NCBI GenBank assembly: GCA_903934015.1
Contig: CAIZMI010000034.1
Span: 20,378 to 84,377 of the forward strand
Source: an uncultured bacterium
Lineage (GTDB): Bacteria; Patescibacteriota; Andersenbacteria; UBA10190; CAIZMI01
Direction: 5' to 3'
DNA: 64,000 bases
The notes under the pieces were generated by a model that saw nothing but the letters and a program-made list of their open reading frames with translations, was not told the DNA's origin and ran no database searches. The position numbers were made by a program, and so were the translations under genes. Below are positions 50,724-60,704 of this stretch, one piece after another; the stretch's first letter is position 1; every line of letters starts with the position of its first letter.

Positions 50724-50797
50724 TGATGAAGGGAAAACCGAAAACCCGAAGCCGGACACAAACTCGTGTCCGGTATTTTTTTAATATATTACGTATC

Positions 50798-50843
50798 TTA
50801 AGGTCCGACCTTTGCAAAGGTCGGACCTTAATGCGATTGTTTT
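50798..50843. repeat. REP-like palindrome, second copy of 6790-6833
   Basis: TAAGGTCCGACCTTTGCAAAGGTCGGACCTTA. Confidence 0.75.
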
Positions 50844-50844
50844 T

Positions 50845-51852
50845 CTATTTTCTCAGCCTCTCCAGATCCGCGTCTACCATCAACTTTGCCAATTCTTCAA
50901 AACTGACTTTTGGTTCCCAACCTAATTCCCTTTTGGCTTTACCAAAGTCACCGCGAGAAGCGGTTATTTCCGTCGGACGCTTAAAGGCATCATCCGAAAA
51001 AACGTGTTCTTCCCAATTCAAACCAACGTGTGCGAATGCAATCTGACAAAATTCTTTAATCGAATGCAAAGTGTTCGTCGCGATAATGTAATCGTCCGGC
51101 TTTTCTTGTTGCATAATTCTCCACATCGCATCAACATATTCTTTGGCATAGCCCCAATCACGCATGGCGTCCAAATTGCCCATGTGTACTTTACCATCGC
51201 GCACGAGCGATTGACCGGATTCGTCCAATGGCGGATCCGTGATCCCTAATTTTATACAAGCAACCGCGGTGGTAATTTTTCGACTGACAAAATGCAAACC
51301 ACGACGCGGACTCTCGTGATTAAATAAAATACCGGCACAAGTGAACATCCCAAAAGACTCGCGATAATTGCGCATCATTAAATGCGCGTAAAGCTTGGCA
51401 ATACCGTATGGATTATTTGCCAAGAATGGTGTTTGTTCATCCATTACCTCCTGATGCACGCCACCAAAAATCTCACGACTGGAACCCTGATAAAATTTAC
51501 ACGCCGGCACGAAACGACGGATTGATTCTAACAAACGTACAACTCCCAAAGCTGTCACTTCTCCGGTATAAATTGGATGGGTCCAACTATCGGCCGGAAC
51601 GGATTGAGCGGCTAAATTATAAACTTCATCCGGCTGATGTTTTTGAATGACGTTATCAAGAGAACTACTATCGATTAAATCCGCATACTCGATAACAATT
51701 TTTCCCTTTAAATGCTTAATATTCGCACGTTCACTTTCTGAAGTACGTCTCAATGTGCCCACAACCTTATAGCCTTTTTCAACCAACAGATCCGCCAAAT
51801 ACGATGCGTCTTGCCCGCTCACCCCTGTAATAATCGCTGTTTTTGTGCTCAT
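50845..51852 (-). CDS. gmd: GDP-mannose 4,6-dehydratase
   Basis: ITGVSGQD, YNLAAQS, PYGIAK, LFNHESPRRG, RDWG. Confidence 0.92.
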   Translation of the reverse strand: MSTKTAIITGVSGQDASYLADLLVEKGYKVVGTLRRTSESERANIKHLKGKIVIEYADLIDSSSLDNVIQKHQPDEVYNLAAQSVPADSWTHPIYTGEVTALGVVRLLESIRRFVPACKFYQGSSREIFGGVHQEVMDEQTPFLANNPYGIAKLYAHLMMRNYRESFGMFTCAGILFNHESPRRGLHFVSRKITTAVACIKLGITDPPLDESGQSLVRDGKVHMGNLDAMRDWGYAKEYVDAMWRIMQQEKPDDYIIATNTLHSIKEFCQIAFAHVGLNWEEHVFSDDAFKRPTEITASRGDFGKAKRELGWEPKVSFEELAKLMVDADLERLRK

Positions 51853-52145
51853 GAGAAATTTTTCACTTAAAATTAATGTTCGAATCGCCTTGGCAAATAG
51901 TCCGTTGACGCATTCGAATTCCTACCCCTAGTTTACGAAAAATGTATTAATGACGCAATTATCCAATATTACGTAAAACTATAAAAACATGACCATTATA
52001 ATACGTATTTGTCAATCACTATTGACACTAATTTTTTAAGGGGGGATAATAAAAACTCCCAACAACGTATTAGATTAACCAATTAACATAATATTTTTTA
52101 ATAATACGGCTGATAATAGTAATTAATGTTAATATTAACTGACAA

Positions 52146-52421
52146 ATGTATAACACCAATCTCCCAACTAACAACTTAAGCACCGAATACATGGCGCGTT
52201 TATTTCGCACACCCGTTAACACAATAATTGGCACCCTCGACCTTCTTCGTGAAGGTGCTTTCGATAAGCTAGATGAGGAAAAAAAGACAGAATTACTTAA
52301 TAACGCTTATGCCAAAGCAAAAAAACTGAATGAATACATCAACTACAGCATTTGCGACGATCGACACTGCATGGATAATACGTGTAAGATACACTTTCCT
52401 GACACTGCTAATAATGAATAA
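52146..52421 (+). CDS. stand-alone HisKA/DHp-like small protein
   Basis: FRTPVNTIIGTLDLLREG resembles an H-box helix but lacks the His. Confidence 0.6.
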   Translation: MYNTNLPTNNLSTEYMARLFRTPVNTIIGTLDLLREGAFDKLDEEKKTELLNNAYAKAKKLNEYINYSICDDRHCMDNTCKIHFPDTANNE

Positions 52422-52460
52422 GTTTAGAGGCTAATTACAACTTACAAAGCCCTAATCTCA

Positions 52461-52566
52461 TCAAATTTTCAATTATCAATTCCCAATTTTCAATTACGAC
52501 GTCGCACTTTGATAATTTAAGAATTGATAATTATTTGAAAATTGGTAATTGAACATTGAAAATTTT
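52461..52566. repeat. inverted arrays of degenerate 7-mers (AATTTTC / GAAAATT)
   Basis: Direct inspection. Confidence 0.65.
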
Positions 52567-52612
52567 GAGTGCAAATCATTTTTTTGCTTCAAAATTTATC
52601 GACTTCCTAATT

Positions 52613-53923
52613 TCAATCTTCTTCCACTGATATATCCGCTCCCAGATCGGCGAGTTTTTCAACTAAGTGGTCAAATCCCCTTTCCAGTTTTTCCACACCC
52701 TTAATTCGTGTTGTGCCATCAGCAATCAATGCCGCGAGTATGTAGGCAAAAGCCGAATGAATATCTGAAATATTCAGATTACCCCCTTTAAGGGCTACTG
52801 GCCCTTTTATTATCGCGCTGTGTTTTTCGCCGGTATTTTTAAAACGACACTCACTGCTTCCCAAACATTCAGCAAAAATCTGAATATCCGCCCCCATTTT
52901 TACCAAATCATCCGTGTAACTAAAATGCTGTTCATGCACCGTTTCGTGTAAAACTGATGCGCCATTGCATTGCGTTAATACAACCGAAAAAGGCGGTTGC
53001 CAATCAGTCATAAAACCGGGATGTACGCCGGTTTCCAAGTTAATGGCTTTTAGTTCACCTTCATGCGAAAAAGCAATACCCTCATCAATGACGCTAAAGT
53101 TTCCACCGATTTTTCTAATCACATTCATTAATGTTTGATTTTCATCTTGTACTGCACCTTTAATAAAAATACTTCCCTGTGTTGCGATAGCCACGCACGC
53201 AAATGAAGCCACCTCAATACGATCCGGAATAATGCTGTGTTCTGCCCCATTAAGAAAACCAACACCTTCAATCACAAACACCCTTCCGGGTTCGTGAAAA
53301 ATTACCGCGCCCATCTTCTGCAATAAATTCGTCAAATCAATAATTTCCGGTTCCACGGCCACGTTTTTTATGACCGTCTTCCCTTCCGCTAAAACAGCTG
53401 CCAGTAATAAATTCTCAGTTGCAGATACACTCGGATATGGAAGTACGATTGAAGCACCTTTCAATTTTTCGGAACGAAAAAAAAGCGTATTATCTTTTTC
53501 CTCCACTTTCGCTCCCATCGCTTTGTAACCTTCAATGTGATAATCCACCGGTTTCTCCGCGCCTTTTAACGAACCATCCAACGGAATTTCTGCGTGACCA
53601 AAACGATGTAAAAGTGGCGCCGCCAAAAGCATTGGCAAACGATTTCTGCCGTGCCACTCCACCGATGCTCTACTATCCCGTACCTCCGGCGTCGTTAAGT
53701 GCATAAACTTATTTTCCTTATCCCAAGTAATTTGGGTACCGATTTTTTCCAGCATTTCCATCGTACTCTGCACTTCTCCAATATCAGGAACATTCTTTAG
53801 ACGAATCGGATCAAACGAAAGCAGTGACGCAATCATCATTTTTGTGACTGCGTTTCTGGAACCACTGACATTTACTTGACCGTGTAATTGGTTTCCTCCT
53901 TTTATGATGTATGTTTTTGGCAC
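52613..53923 (-). CDS. murA: MurA paralog with substituted active-site residues
   Basis: Collinear with 55056-56498 (PDRIE, HPGFMTDWQPPF) but GSRN, SLKGAEKP, DIHSA. Confidence 0.8.
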   Translation of the reverse strand: MPKTYIIKGGNQLHGQVNVSGSRNAVTKMMIASLLSFDPIRLKNVPDIGEVQSTMEMLEKIGTQITWDKENKFMHLTTPEVRDSRASVEWHGRNRLPMLLAAPLLHRFGHAEIPLDGSLKGAEKPVDYHIEGYKAMGAKVEEKDNTLFFRSEKLKGASIVLPYPSVSATENLLLAAVLAEGKTVIKNVAVEPEIIDLTNLLQKMGAVIFHEPGRVFVIEGVGFLNGAEHSIIPDRIEVASFACVAIATQGSIFIKGAVQDENQTLMNVIRKIGGNFSVIDEGIAFSHEGELKAINLETGVHPGFMTDWQPPFSVVLTQCNGASVLHETVHEQHFSYTDDLVKMGADIQIFAECLGSSECRFKNTGEKHSAIIKGPVALKGGNLNISDIHSAFAYILAALIADGTTRIKGVEKLERGFDHLVEKLADLGADISVEED

Positions 53924-53958
53924 ACGTTAATATTATCACATGTGCCGATTAACCGTAG

Positions 53959-54002
53959 ACCACTCCAGGAGCGGAGCAACCTTGCTCCGCTCCTGGAGTG
54001 GT
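53959..54002. repeat. 44-bp palindrome (GGAGCAA..TTGCTCC family)
   Basis: Same length and core as 55137-55180. Confidence 0.75.
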
Positions 54003-54128
54003 GCAAAGGTTCGTTTAGAATCAATCAAACATCCCCCGTCGCCAAGGCTATGGGGGATTATCTTCTTTGAAAAGAAAAAAATCTCCCGTTCGAAGAACGG
54101 GAGAGAAAGAACACTCTGAATGAGCAAA

Positions 54129-54944
54129 CTACGCGGCCAATGAGCAGACATACTGTGCCAATGTCGTTGCGTAACGAATCGCAACTGTCGCAAGCAACAC
54201 GACTGCGGTCAGCAACTTCTTAAGCCATTGCGCAGCGCCGGTTTGTTTCTCAACATGAGCCGGATTTTTCGGATCGAGCTCGCGTTGGCGACTCCACAAG
54301 CGTTCCGATTCCCTTGCGGCCTCAATTGCGTCTCCATGACGGCCGATTTTTTCGAGAATTTTGCTTTTCCAGTGGTTCGCAGCTGCGCGATGATGAACGT
54401 TCATGTCACCGTCACCGTAACGTGCAAGGGCTCCCCCAATGAGAATTTTTGCGTGATGAAAGTGTTGTTCGGAATCAGAACCTCCTTTTTCACCAAGTGC
54501 TAAGAAAAACCGAGCGCCATTGTGCCACAAGTTGGCGGTGGAAACATCTGTTCCCTGATGACGGATAACACGCGCAAGGACATCAGACGATGCAATTGTG
54601 CTATCGGCGTCCCGCGCCCTGATTATGATCGCGTTACAAGAATTTACCGTGTCACCAAGCTCTGCGCACAGCGCAATCAGTGTTTCGTCATTTTTGTACC
54701 CTGGCGCGTATGCCGCCAGATACATCAAACACTCACGTGCCCACACAAAACTCCCAGCCTGGTTGGCAAAATCGAAAGCCTCCGCGTACTTTTTGAGTCG
54801 GTAGAAACACCACGCACCTAAGGCAAACAACTCACTCCGCTCTTGACCTTCGACCCCCCCCCGAAGCTCTTTTTCGACCGCTTCAAGGGCTTCCAAAAAT
54901 TTACTGCCGTCGTAAAGACTTGACCGAATCTCTGTCGCTTTCAT
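54129..54944 (-). CDS. orphan alpha-helical (TPR-like) protein
   Basis: AAGGAGGT SD, terminator hairpin+T tract downstream. Confidence 0.7.
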   Translation of the reverse strand: MKATEIRSSLYDGSKFLEALEAVEKELRGGVEGQERSELFALGAWCFYRLKKYAEAFDFANQAGSFVWARECLMYLAAYAPGYKNDETLIALCAELGDTVNSCNAIIIRARDADSTIASSDVLARVIRHQGTDVSTANLWHNGARFFLALGEKGGSDSEQHFHHAKILIGGALARYGDGDMNVHHRAAANHWKSKILEKIGRHGDAIEAARESERLWSRQRELDPKNPAHVEKQTGAAQWLKKLLTAVVLLATVAIRYATTLAQYVCSLAA

Positions 54945-55009
54945 GTGCGACCTCCTTTTTGTTAACGAACAACTCGCCACCTTTCTAACATTAATCTGCA
55001 CCATAGTAA

Positions 55010-55051
55010 GGTGTCAGGTACTTTTTCCCTTAAGAAAAAGTACCTGACACC
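55010..55051. repeat. palindrome GGTGTCAGGTACTTTTTC..GAAAAAGTACCTGACACC (REP-like or terminator)
   Basis: 18-bp perfect stem just downstream of murA. Confidence 0.6.
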
Positions 55052-55055
55052 CTTC

Positions 55056-56498
55056 TTATATTACAAACTCAATCGGTTCCGGGGGTAATGGAATTTGTTC
55101 TTTTTCAGAATACTCTATCGACACTTGCGAACCAGCACCACCTACGAGGTGGAGCAAGTTTGCTCCACCTCGTAGGTGGTCGGAGGCTTCATCCACCACT
55201 TGAATATCCGCGCCTAAACCGCGCAGTTTTTCGACCAATGATTCGTAACCACGTTCAAGTTGATCCACACCACTGATGACCGATGTCCCCTGCGCCATCA
55301 AGGCAGCAATGACATAAACAAATCCTGCCCTCAAATCCGGCACAACCAAATCCACGGCTTTCAAATTAACTGGACCGCGCACTGCTACGCTGTGCTGGTA
55401 ATTCATTCCTTGAAAACGACAGTTATGACCGCCTAAACAATCGGTAAATAAATTTACGTCCGCGCCCATTTTCTTCAAGCCATCAAAATATCCAAAACGT
55501 TTTTCGTGCACCGTTTCATGCACGACCGACATGCCTTCCGCCTGCATCAAAAGCAACGAAAATGGCGGTTGCCAGTCGGTCATAAACCCCGGATGTGTTC
55601 CGGTTTCCATCGTTACGCCTTTCATCTGACCGGTCGAATAAAACCAAATACCGTCATTACTAATTTCAAAAGCCCCGCCGATTTTTCGCAACATATTCAA
55701 GAACGTACGCATACCATGTTGACTTACACCCTTAACAAGAACACTTCCCTTCGTGGCAATTGCCGCGCAAGCAAAAGAAGCTGCCTCAATTCGGTCTGGA
55801 GCAACGCGATGCTCTGCTCCATTGAGTTTAGCCACTCCTTCAACAACAAATGTCCGTTCCGGTTCCAAGAAAATAATCGCGCCCATCTTCTGAAGCAAAT
55901 CAACAAGCTCAATAATTTCCGGCTCGATAGCGGCATTTTTAATAACCGTTTTTCCTTCCGCCAAAACAGCACCAAGCAATAAACTCTCTGTCGTCATGAC
56001 GCTTGGGTATGGCAATTCAATCACCGCGCCATGTAGTTTGTTTGCCTTAAACACTATCGTGTTGCCATTCTCAACTATTTCCGCGCCCATTGCCCGGTAA
56101 CCAGTGATGTGGAAATCAACCGGTCGCGGACCAATCTTGTCGCCACCTTCTATGGGAATTTCGGCATGACCAAAACGATGCAAAAGAGGACCGGCCAATA
56201 AAATTGGAATTCTGTGTTTGCCGGAAAAAACAGCTGGAACTGTACTGGTTTGCAATGTCGGAGAAACAAGATGCACAGATGATTCCTTTGTGCCGTCCCA
56301 CATTGCCTGCGCGCCAAGGGAATTGAGCAAACTCATTGTTAACTCAACTTCCCCGATATGAGGGATATTAGAAAGTTTCACCGGTTCTTTTGTTAGAAGC
56401 GAAGCCACCATCATTTTTGTAACGGTATTTTTAGAGCCACCAACGGTAACAGACCCCTTTAAAGGGTTTCCACCAGTTACGATATATTGATTTGACAT
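55056..56498 (-). CDS. murA: UDP-N-acetylglucosamine 1-carboxyvinyltransferase (Asp at the Cys115 position)
   Basis: GSKN, GGDKIGPRPVDFH, PDRIEA, DLRAG, LERGYE. Confidence 0.92.
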   Translation of the reverse strand: MSNQYIVTGGNPLKGSVTVGGSKNTVTKMMVASLLTKEPVKLSNIPHIGEVELTMSLLNSLGAQAMWDGTKESSVHLVSPTLQTSTVPAVFSGKHRIPILLAGPLLHRFGHAEIPIEGGDKIGPRPVDFHITGYRAMGAEIVENGNTIVFKANKLHGAVIELPYPSVMTTESLLLGAVLAEGKTVIKNAAIEPEIIELVDLLQKMGAIIFLEPERTFVVEGVAKLNGAEHRVAPDRIEAASFACAAIATKGSVLVKGVSQHGMRTFLNMLRKIGGAFEISNDGIWFYSTGQMKGVTMETGTHPGFMTDWQPPFSLLLMQAEGMSVVHETVHEKRFGYFDGLKKMGADVNLFTDCLGGHNCRFQGMNYQHSVAVRGPVNLKAVDLVVPDLRAGFVYVIAALMAQGTSVISGVDQLERGYESLVEKLRGLGADIQVVDEASDHLRGGANLLHLVGGAGSQVSIEYSEKEQIPLPPEPIEFVI

Positions 56499-56561
56499 AG
56501 ACAAAGTATTATGTTCCCAAAATGATTTTTTGTCAACCCCTCAAAATTACCCTTTTTGTGC

Positions 56562-57074
56562 CTATTTTACGCGATAAAGATAGACTTTCCCCACGCCATC
56601 AATACTCTTCTCTGCTTCAACCTGCCAATCTTTTATGGGAAAAGTATACGTAACAATTCGTGTGCCAGGCTTTAATTTTTTCTGCAATTCCCGCATCAAA
56701 TTTGGAAGTGTTTGAGGCATCAGAAATAAAAACAATACATTTACATTCGACATGTTGGCAGCAAAACCATCCCGCAACTTAACAGAACCTTTTACGCTAT
56801 TTCGCAACAGCGTAATTTTTGCCAACAACCAAAGGAATGGCGATAGCTCATAACCGATTACTTTTGCCCCTCGTTTGGCCGCCATCACCAAAACACGACC
56901 ATCTCCCGCACCAATATCAACTAAAGTATCCCCTGCTTTTACCTGCGCCAAATCCAATGCGACTTCCACTGCTTTTTTTGGGGTTGGAACATAAGGTGCG
57001 CCCTTCCATGCCGCCAAGGCTGTCATTGCGCCCGCTAGAAGCAAGATAAAATAAATAAACCAACCGATGGTCAT
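56562..57074 (-). CDS. class I SAM methyltransferase with N-terminal TM
   Basis: GAPYVPT, DIGAGDGR, LKPGTRIV. Confidence 0.88.
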   Translation of the reverse strand: MTIGWFIYFILLLAGAMTALAAWKGAPYVPTPKKAVEVALDLAQVKAGDTLVDIGAGDGRVLVMAAKRGAKVIGYELSPFLWLLAKITLLRNSVKGSVKLRDGFAANMSNVNVLFLFLMPQTLPNLMRELQKKLKPGTRIVTYTFPIKDWQVEAEKSIDGVGKVYLYRVK

Positions 57075-57112
57075 ATGATTTTAAATAAAATTGTCTCACG
57101 CCCGATACTAAC

Positions 57113-57136
57113 GGGCAATTCATGAATTGCCCCTAC
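57113..57136 (-). repeat. GTAG-type REP GTAGGGGCAATTCATGAATTGCCC
   Basis: GTAG tetranucleotide plus perfect palindrome. Confidence 0.8.
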
Positions 57137-57167
57137 AATAGACCCCGTTTCAATAAAAATAATTCTC

Positions 57168-57674
57168 CTAAAATCCACGAACCTTTACCTTCTTTGTGAG
57201 AAGCGCGTCGGCCTTAGGAATCCGAATTGTAAGAATTCCGTCCTTTAAAGATGCGTCAGCTTTTTCCGAAACAATATCAACAGGCAAAATAATCGAACGG
57301 GAAAAAGATCCCCAATAGCATTCGCGATAAAAATAGTCTTCTTCCGTTACTTCTTCATCGTGACGCCTGGTACCACGAATTGTCACCATGTCATTAGTAA
57401 TCGAAACGTCCAAATCATCAGGTTTTACCCCGGCAATGGTTGACTTAACAACAATGAATTCGGGTGTTTGATAAACATCAACAGTTAACTGCCCTTCTTG
57501 TTCATCCATCGCGCCATTTTTTTCTGCACGGGTTATCGGTAAGCTTTTCGATGGTTCAATTTTTTCATCGTCGGAACGCATTTCCACAACTTGCTCGTCA
57601 TCATCACCCTCGATGTCAACATCGTGGCCGGCCGAACCTGTTAGGCGTTGAAATAGTGATCTTCGTTCTCCCAT
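57168..57674 (-). CDS. Hsp20/alpha-crystallin small heat-shock protein
   Basis: VDVYQT, ECYWGSFSRSIILP, DGILTI. Confidence 0.92.
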   Translation of the reverse strand: MGERRSLFQRLTGSAGHDVDIEGDDDEQVVEMRSDDEKIEPSKSLPITRAEKNGAMDEQEGQLTVDVYQTPEFIVVKSTIAGVKPDDLDVSITNDMVTIRGTRRHDEEVTEEDYFYRECYWGSFSRSIILPVDIVSEKADASLKDGILTIRIPKADALLTKKVKVRGF

Positions 57675-57718
57675 ATAGAAACATTATAACAAAAACCCTA
57701 CAAAAATACCAACTACTT

Positions 57719-57898
57719 AGGCGACAGACATAAATAACATTTCCATATTCTGTTCAATACGCTCTGAATACGGTTACTGCGATTGAACAAAATCTTGAGG
57801 CGTACTGTAAGTACGATGAGAGATTTTGTGATTGAGTAGTAATTGTAGTCAGAGATGTAGTGGACATAAGATGGATAGGTTATTTACGTCCGTCGCCT
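57719..57898 (+). repeat. 180-bp long imperfect hairpin element, copy B
   Basis: Homologous to 16737-16916; its end overlaps the valS stop codon. Confidence 0.75.
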
Positions 57899-60629
57899 AA
57901 ATCCTCTTTATCAAAGTATCCAAAGCAGTAATCCCATTCTGTTGTTTTTCTAGATCAAGTTTTTTTGCAACAAGTAGTTCCCGCTGTTGCTGAACCACAT
58001 TAACCGGCGCCTTGTCACCCATCTGTATCAAGCGTTGCTCCAATTTAATAATTTCTTCCTGCGCTTTTTTAGTATCTGACTCCATAGTAATCAGCCTTTC
58101 CTTAAGAGGCAAAGTTGAAAGTGTCTCAGTGGTCAAAGCAATCTTTGAACAATATGTTGCCGGCAATGACACCCATTTTGCGCCATTTTCTTTTTCAACA
58201 ACTTCTGAAAAATTACTTAATTGCGCAATCGCAGGCCATAACGGTTTTAGATTCCTTTCTGTTTGTAGAAGAATCACTGGCTTTGTACCATTTGGGATTC
58301 CCAATAAATTCCTTATGCTGCGTAGCTCGCCAACAATTGCTTGGAAATATTTAATCTCCTTAATTTCTTTTTTCCTAGACTTAGCAAATTTCGGCCATGC
58401 CGTATTGATCAACATTCCTTTTTTGTCTCCAAAATCCTTCCAAAGCTCTTCAGTGACAAACGGCATAAAAGGATGCAAAAGCACCAGGCATTTTTTAAAC
58501 ACGTCTTTAGCAACATTTGCACTCGTAAGTCCCGGCACCTTACTCACTTCAATGTACCAATCGGCAAATTCATCCCAAATGAAGGCGTGCAGCATTCTTG
58601 TTGCATCACCAAAACGAAACTCATCCAGAGCCACAGTTACTTCTTCAGACACTGTTTCAAGCCGCTGCAAAATCCAATTATCAAATAAGGTCGGGGCTGT
58701 TTTGGCCTTCTTTGCCGAACCAATATACTTTCCAATATTCCATAATTTGTTAGCAAAATTTCGTCCAACCCGCACAGCATTTTCATCAAAACGCAAAGCC
58801 TGCTGATCTTGCTGTGTTTGGATCAACAGACCAAAACGCACCGCGTCTGCGCCATACTGATTAATTAAATCTATTGGATCAATCCCAGTACCCAAAGATT
58901 TACTCATCCTCTGCCCTTTCAGATTCAATACTGTTGGGTGAATAATGACATTCTTAAATGGAATTTGTTGGCTCAAATTTTTCTTGCCGTATTGTTTAGC
59001 GGGTAAATATTTATTCTTATCGGTAAATTCAAGCCCTGAAAAAACCATTCGAGTAACCCAGAGCGCCATAATATCACGCGCCGTCGCCAAAACTGATGTC
59101 GGGTAAAAACGTGCCAAATCATCCGTCATTTCCGGCCATCCAAAAACAGCAAAAGGCCAAAGAGCGGAAGAAAACCAAGTATCTAAAACATCAGGATCTT
59201 GAATAAAATCCGTACCACCACAATCCAGACACTTCTTTGGTTTTACTGAAGAAAACACAACGTGTCCGTTCGTCTTAATCATTCGTTTATCATCATTCGT
59301 CATTCTTCCAGTCTGGCAATACCAAACTGGCAACTGGTGCCCCCACCATAGCTGTCGCGAGACACACCAATCTTTCACTCCGGTTAACCAATCCAAATAC
59401 ACTTTTTTCCAACGCTGAGGTTCAAAATTAATCAAATCTTTTTCCGCAACGATTATAGCCGGTTTTGCCAACGGTCCCATTTTCACAAACCATTGCTTGG
59501 AAACAAGTGGTTGAATAACGGTACTGCAACGATCACACAACGACACATTGTGACGAATTTTTTCCGGCTCACCTTTCAATAATTGTAGTTCCTGTAATTT
59601 TTGCAAAACTTTCTCACGGGCTTCAGATGTAGGTAACCCAACATATTCCAACCCAACAGCTTGGGTCATTTTTCCATCTTCACCAATCACATTAATCACC
59701 TGCAATTTTTGACGTTCACCGATTTCCCAATCAGTCTGGTCGTGTGCCGGAGTAACTTTTACTGCGCCCGTACCAAAAGTTTTGTCGACCGCATGGTCAG
59801 CAACAATTGGAATTTCGCGGTTCGTTAACGGCAGTTTGATTTTCTTTCCAACCAATTCTTGATAACGCCCATCACTCGGATAAACTGCCACCGCCGTATC
59901 TCCCAACATCGTTTCCGGGCGCGTAGTCGCAACAACCACCGAACCGGAACCATCGACCAATGGATAAATAAGATTATAGATTAAGCCGTCACGCTCTTCA
60001 TGTTTTACTTCCAAGTCAGAAATGGATGATGCGCAACGTGGGCACCAATTTACAATGCGATCACCACGGTAAATTAATCCTTTTTTTGCGTAATGAATAA
60101 AGGCCTCTTGCACGGCGCGCACATATTCTTTGTCCATAGTGAATCGCTCGCGCGACCAATCACAAGAAGAACCAACACGACGCAACTGTTTACTAATTGT
60201 GGTTCCCGACTGCCCTTTCCACTGCCACACCCGTTCGATAAATTTTTCGCGACCCAAATCATGGCGCGTCAAACCTTCCTTTTTTAATTGTTTTTCAACA
60301 ACATTCTGCGTAGCAATACCGGCATGATCCATTCCTGGAATCCAGACCGTATCGTCCCCCTTCATGCGGTGATAGCGAATCAAGGCATCCTGCATTGAAG
60401 CATTCAAAGCATGCCCCATATGCAATGAACCGGTAACATTTGGTGGCGGAATTACAATCGAAAAAGACTTTTTTCCACGTGGTTTTTTCACGGCCGGCTG
60501 AAAAGCCTTAGCACGCTCCCAAGCTTTATAAATCTTCTCCTCGGTTAAAGAAGGATCATAAGGCCGTGCGCTTCCCCTCTTTATTAAAGAGGGGCTAGGG
60601 GAGATTTTCTCCGTGTTTTTAGTAGCCAT
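57897..60629 (-). CDS. valS: valyl-tRNA synthetase
   Basis: PPPNVTGSLHMGH, DHAGIATQ, WCVSRQLWWGH, DTWFSS, RMSKS. Confidence 0.97.
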   Translation of the reverse strand: MATKNTEKISPSPSLIKRGSARPYDPSLTEEKIYKAWERAKAFQPAVKKPRGKKSFSIVIPPPNVTGSLHMGHALNASMQDALIRYHRMKGDDTVWIPGMDHAGIATQNVVEKQLKKEGLTRHDLGREKFIERVWQWKGQSGTTISKQLRRVGSSCDWSRERFTMDKEYVRAVQEAFIHYAKKGLIYRGDRIVNWCPRCASSISDLEVKHEERDGLIYNLIYPLVDGSGSVVVATTRPETMLGDTAVAVYPSDGRYQELVGKKIKLPLTNREIPIVADHAVDKTFGTGAVKVTPAHDQTDWEIGERQKLQVINVIGEDGKMTQAVGLEYVGLPTSEAREKVLQKLQELQLLKGEPEKIRHNVSLCDRCSTVIQPLVSKQWFVKMGPLAKPAIIVAEKDLINFEPQRWKKVYLDWLTGVKDWCVSRQLWWGHQLPVWYCQTGRMTNDDKRMIKTNGHVVFSSVKPKKCLDCGGTDFIQDPDVLDTWFSSALWPFAVFGWPEMTDDLARFYPTSVLATARDIMALWVTRMVFSGLEFTDKNKYLPAKQYGKKNLSQQIPFKNVIIHPTVLNLKGQRMSKSLGTGIDPIDLINQYGADAVRFGLLIQTQQDQQALRFDENAVRVGRNFANKLWNIGKYIGSAKKAKTAPTLFDNWILQRLETVSEEVTVALDEFRFGDATRMLHAFIWDEFADWYIEVSKVPGLTSANVAKDVFKKCLVLLHPFMPFVTEELWKDFGDKKGMLINTAWPKFAKSRKKEIKEIKYFQAIVGELRSIRNLLGIPNGTKPVILLQTERNLKPLWPAIAQLSNFSEVVEKENGAKWVSLPATYCSKIALTTETLSTLPLKERLITMESDTKKAQEEIIKLEQRLIQMGDKAPVNVVQQQRELLVAKKLDLEKQQNGITALDTLIKRI

Positions 60630-60704
60630 TGACATAAAGTAAGTACCTGAGTAAGATACCTTGTTCCGCGTGTTCTTTCAATTTTTTCTGTACGGAGAAC
60701 GACA

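Noticed and set aside
58012-58806. 264-aa ORF antisense to valS and similar shadow ORFs
   Set aside because: Antisense shadows of well-supported genes.
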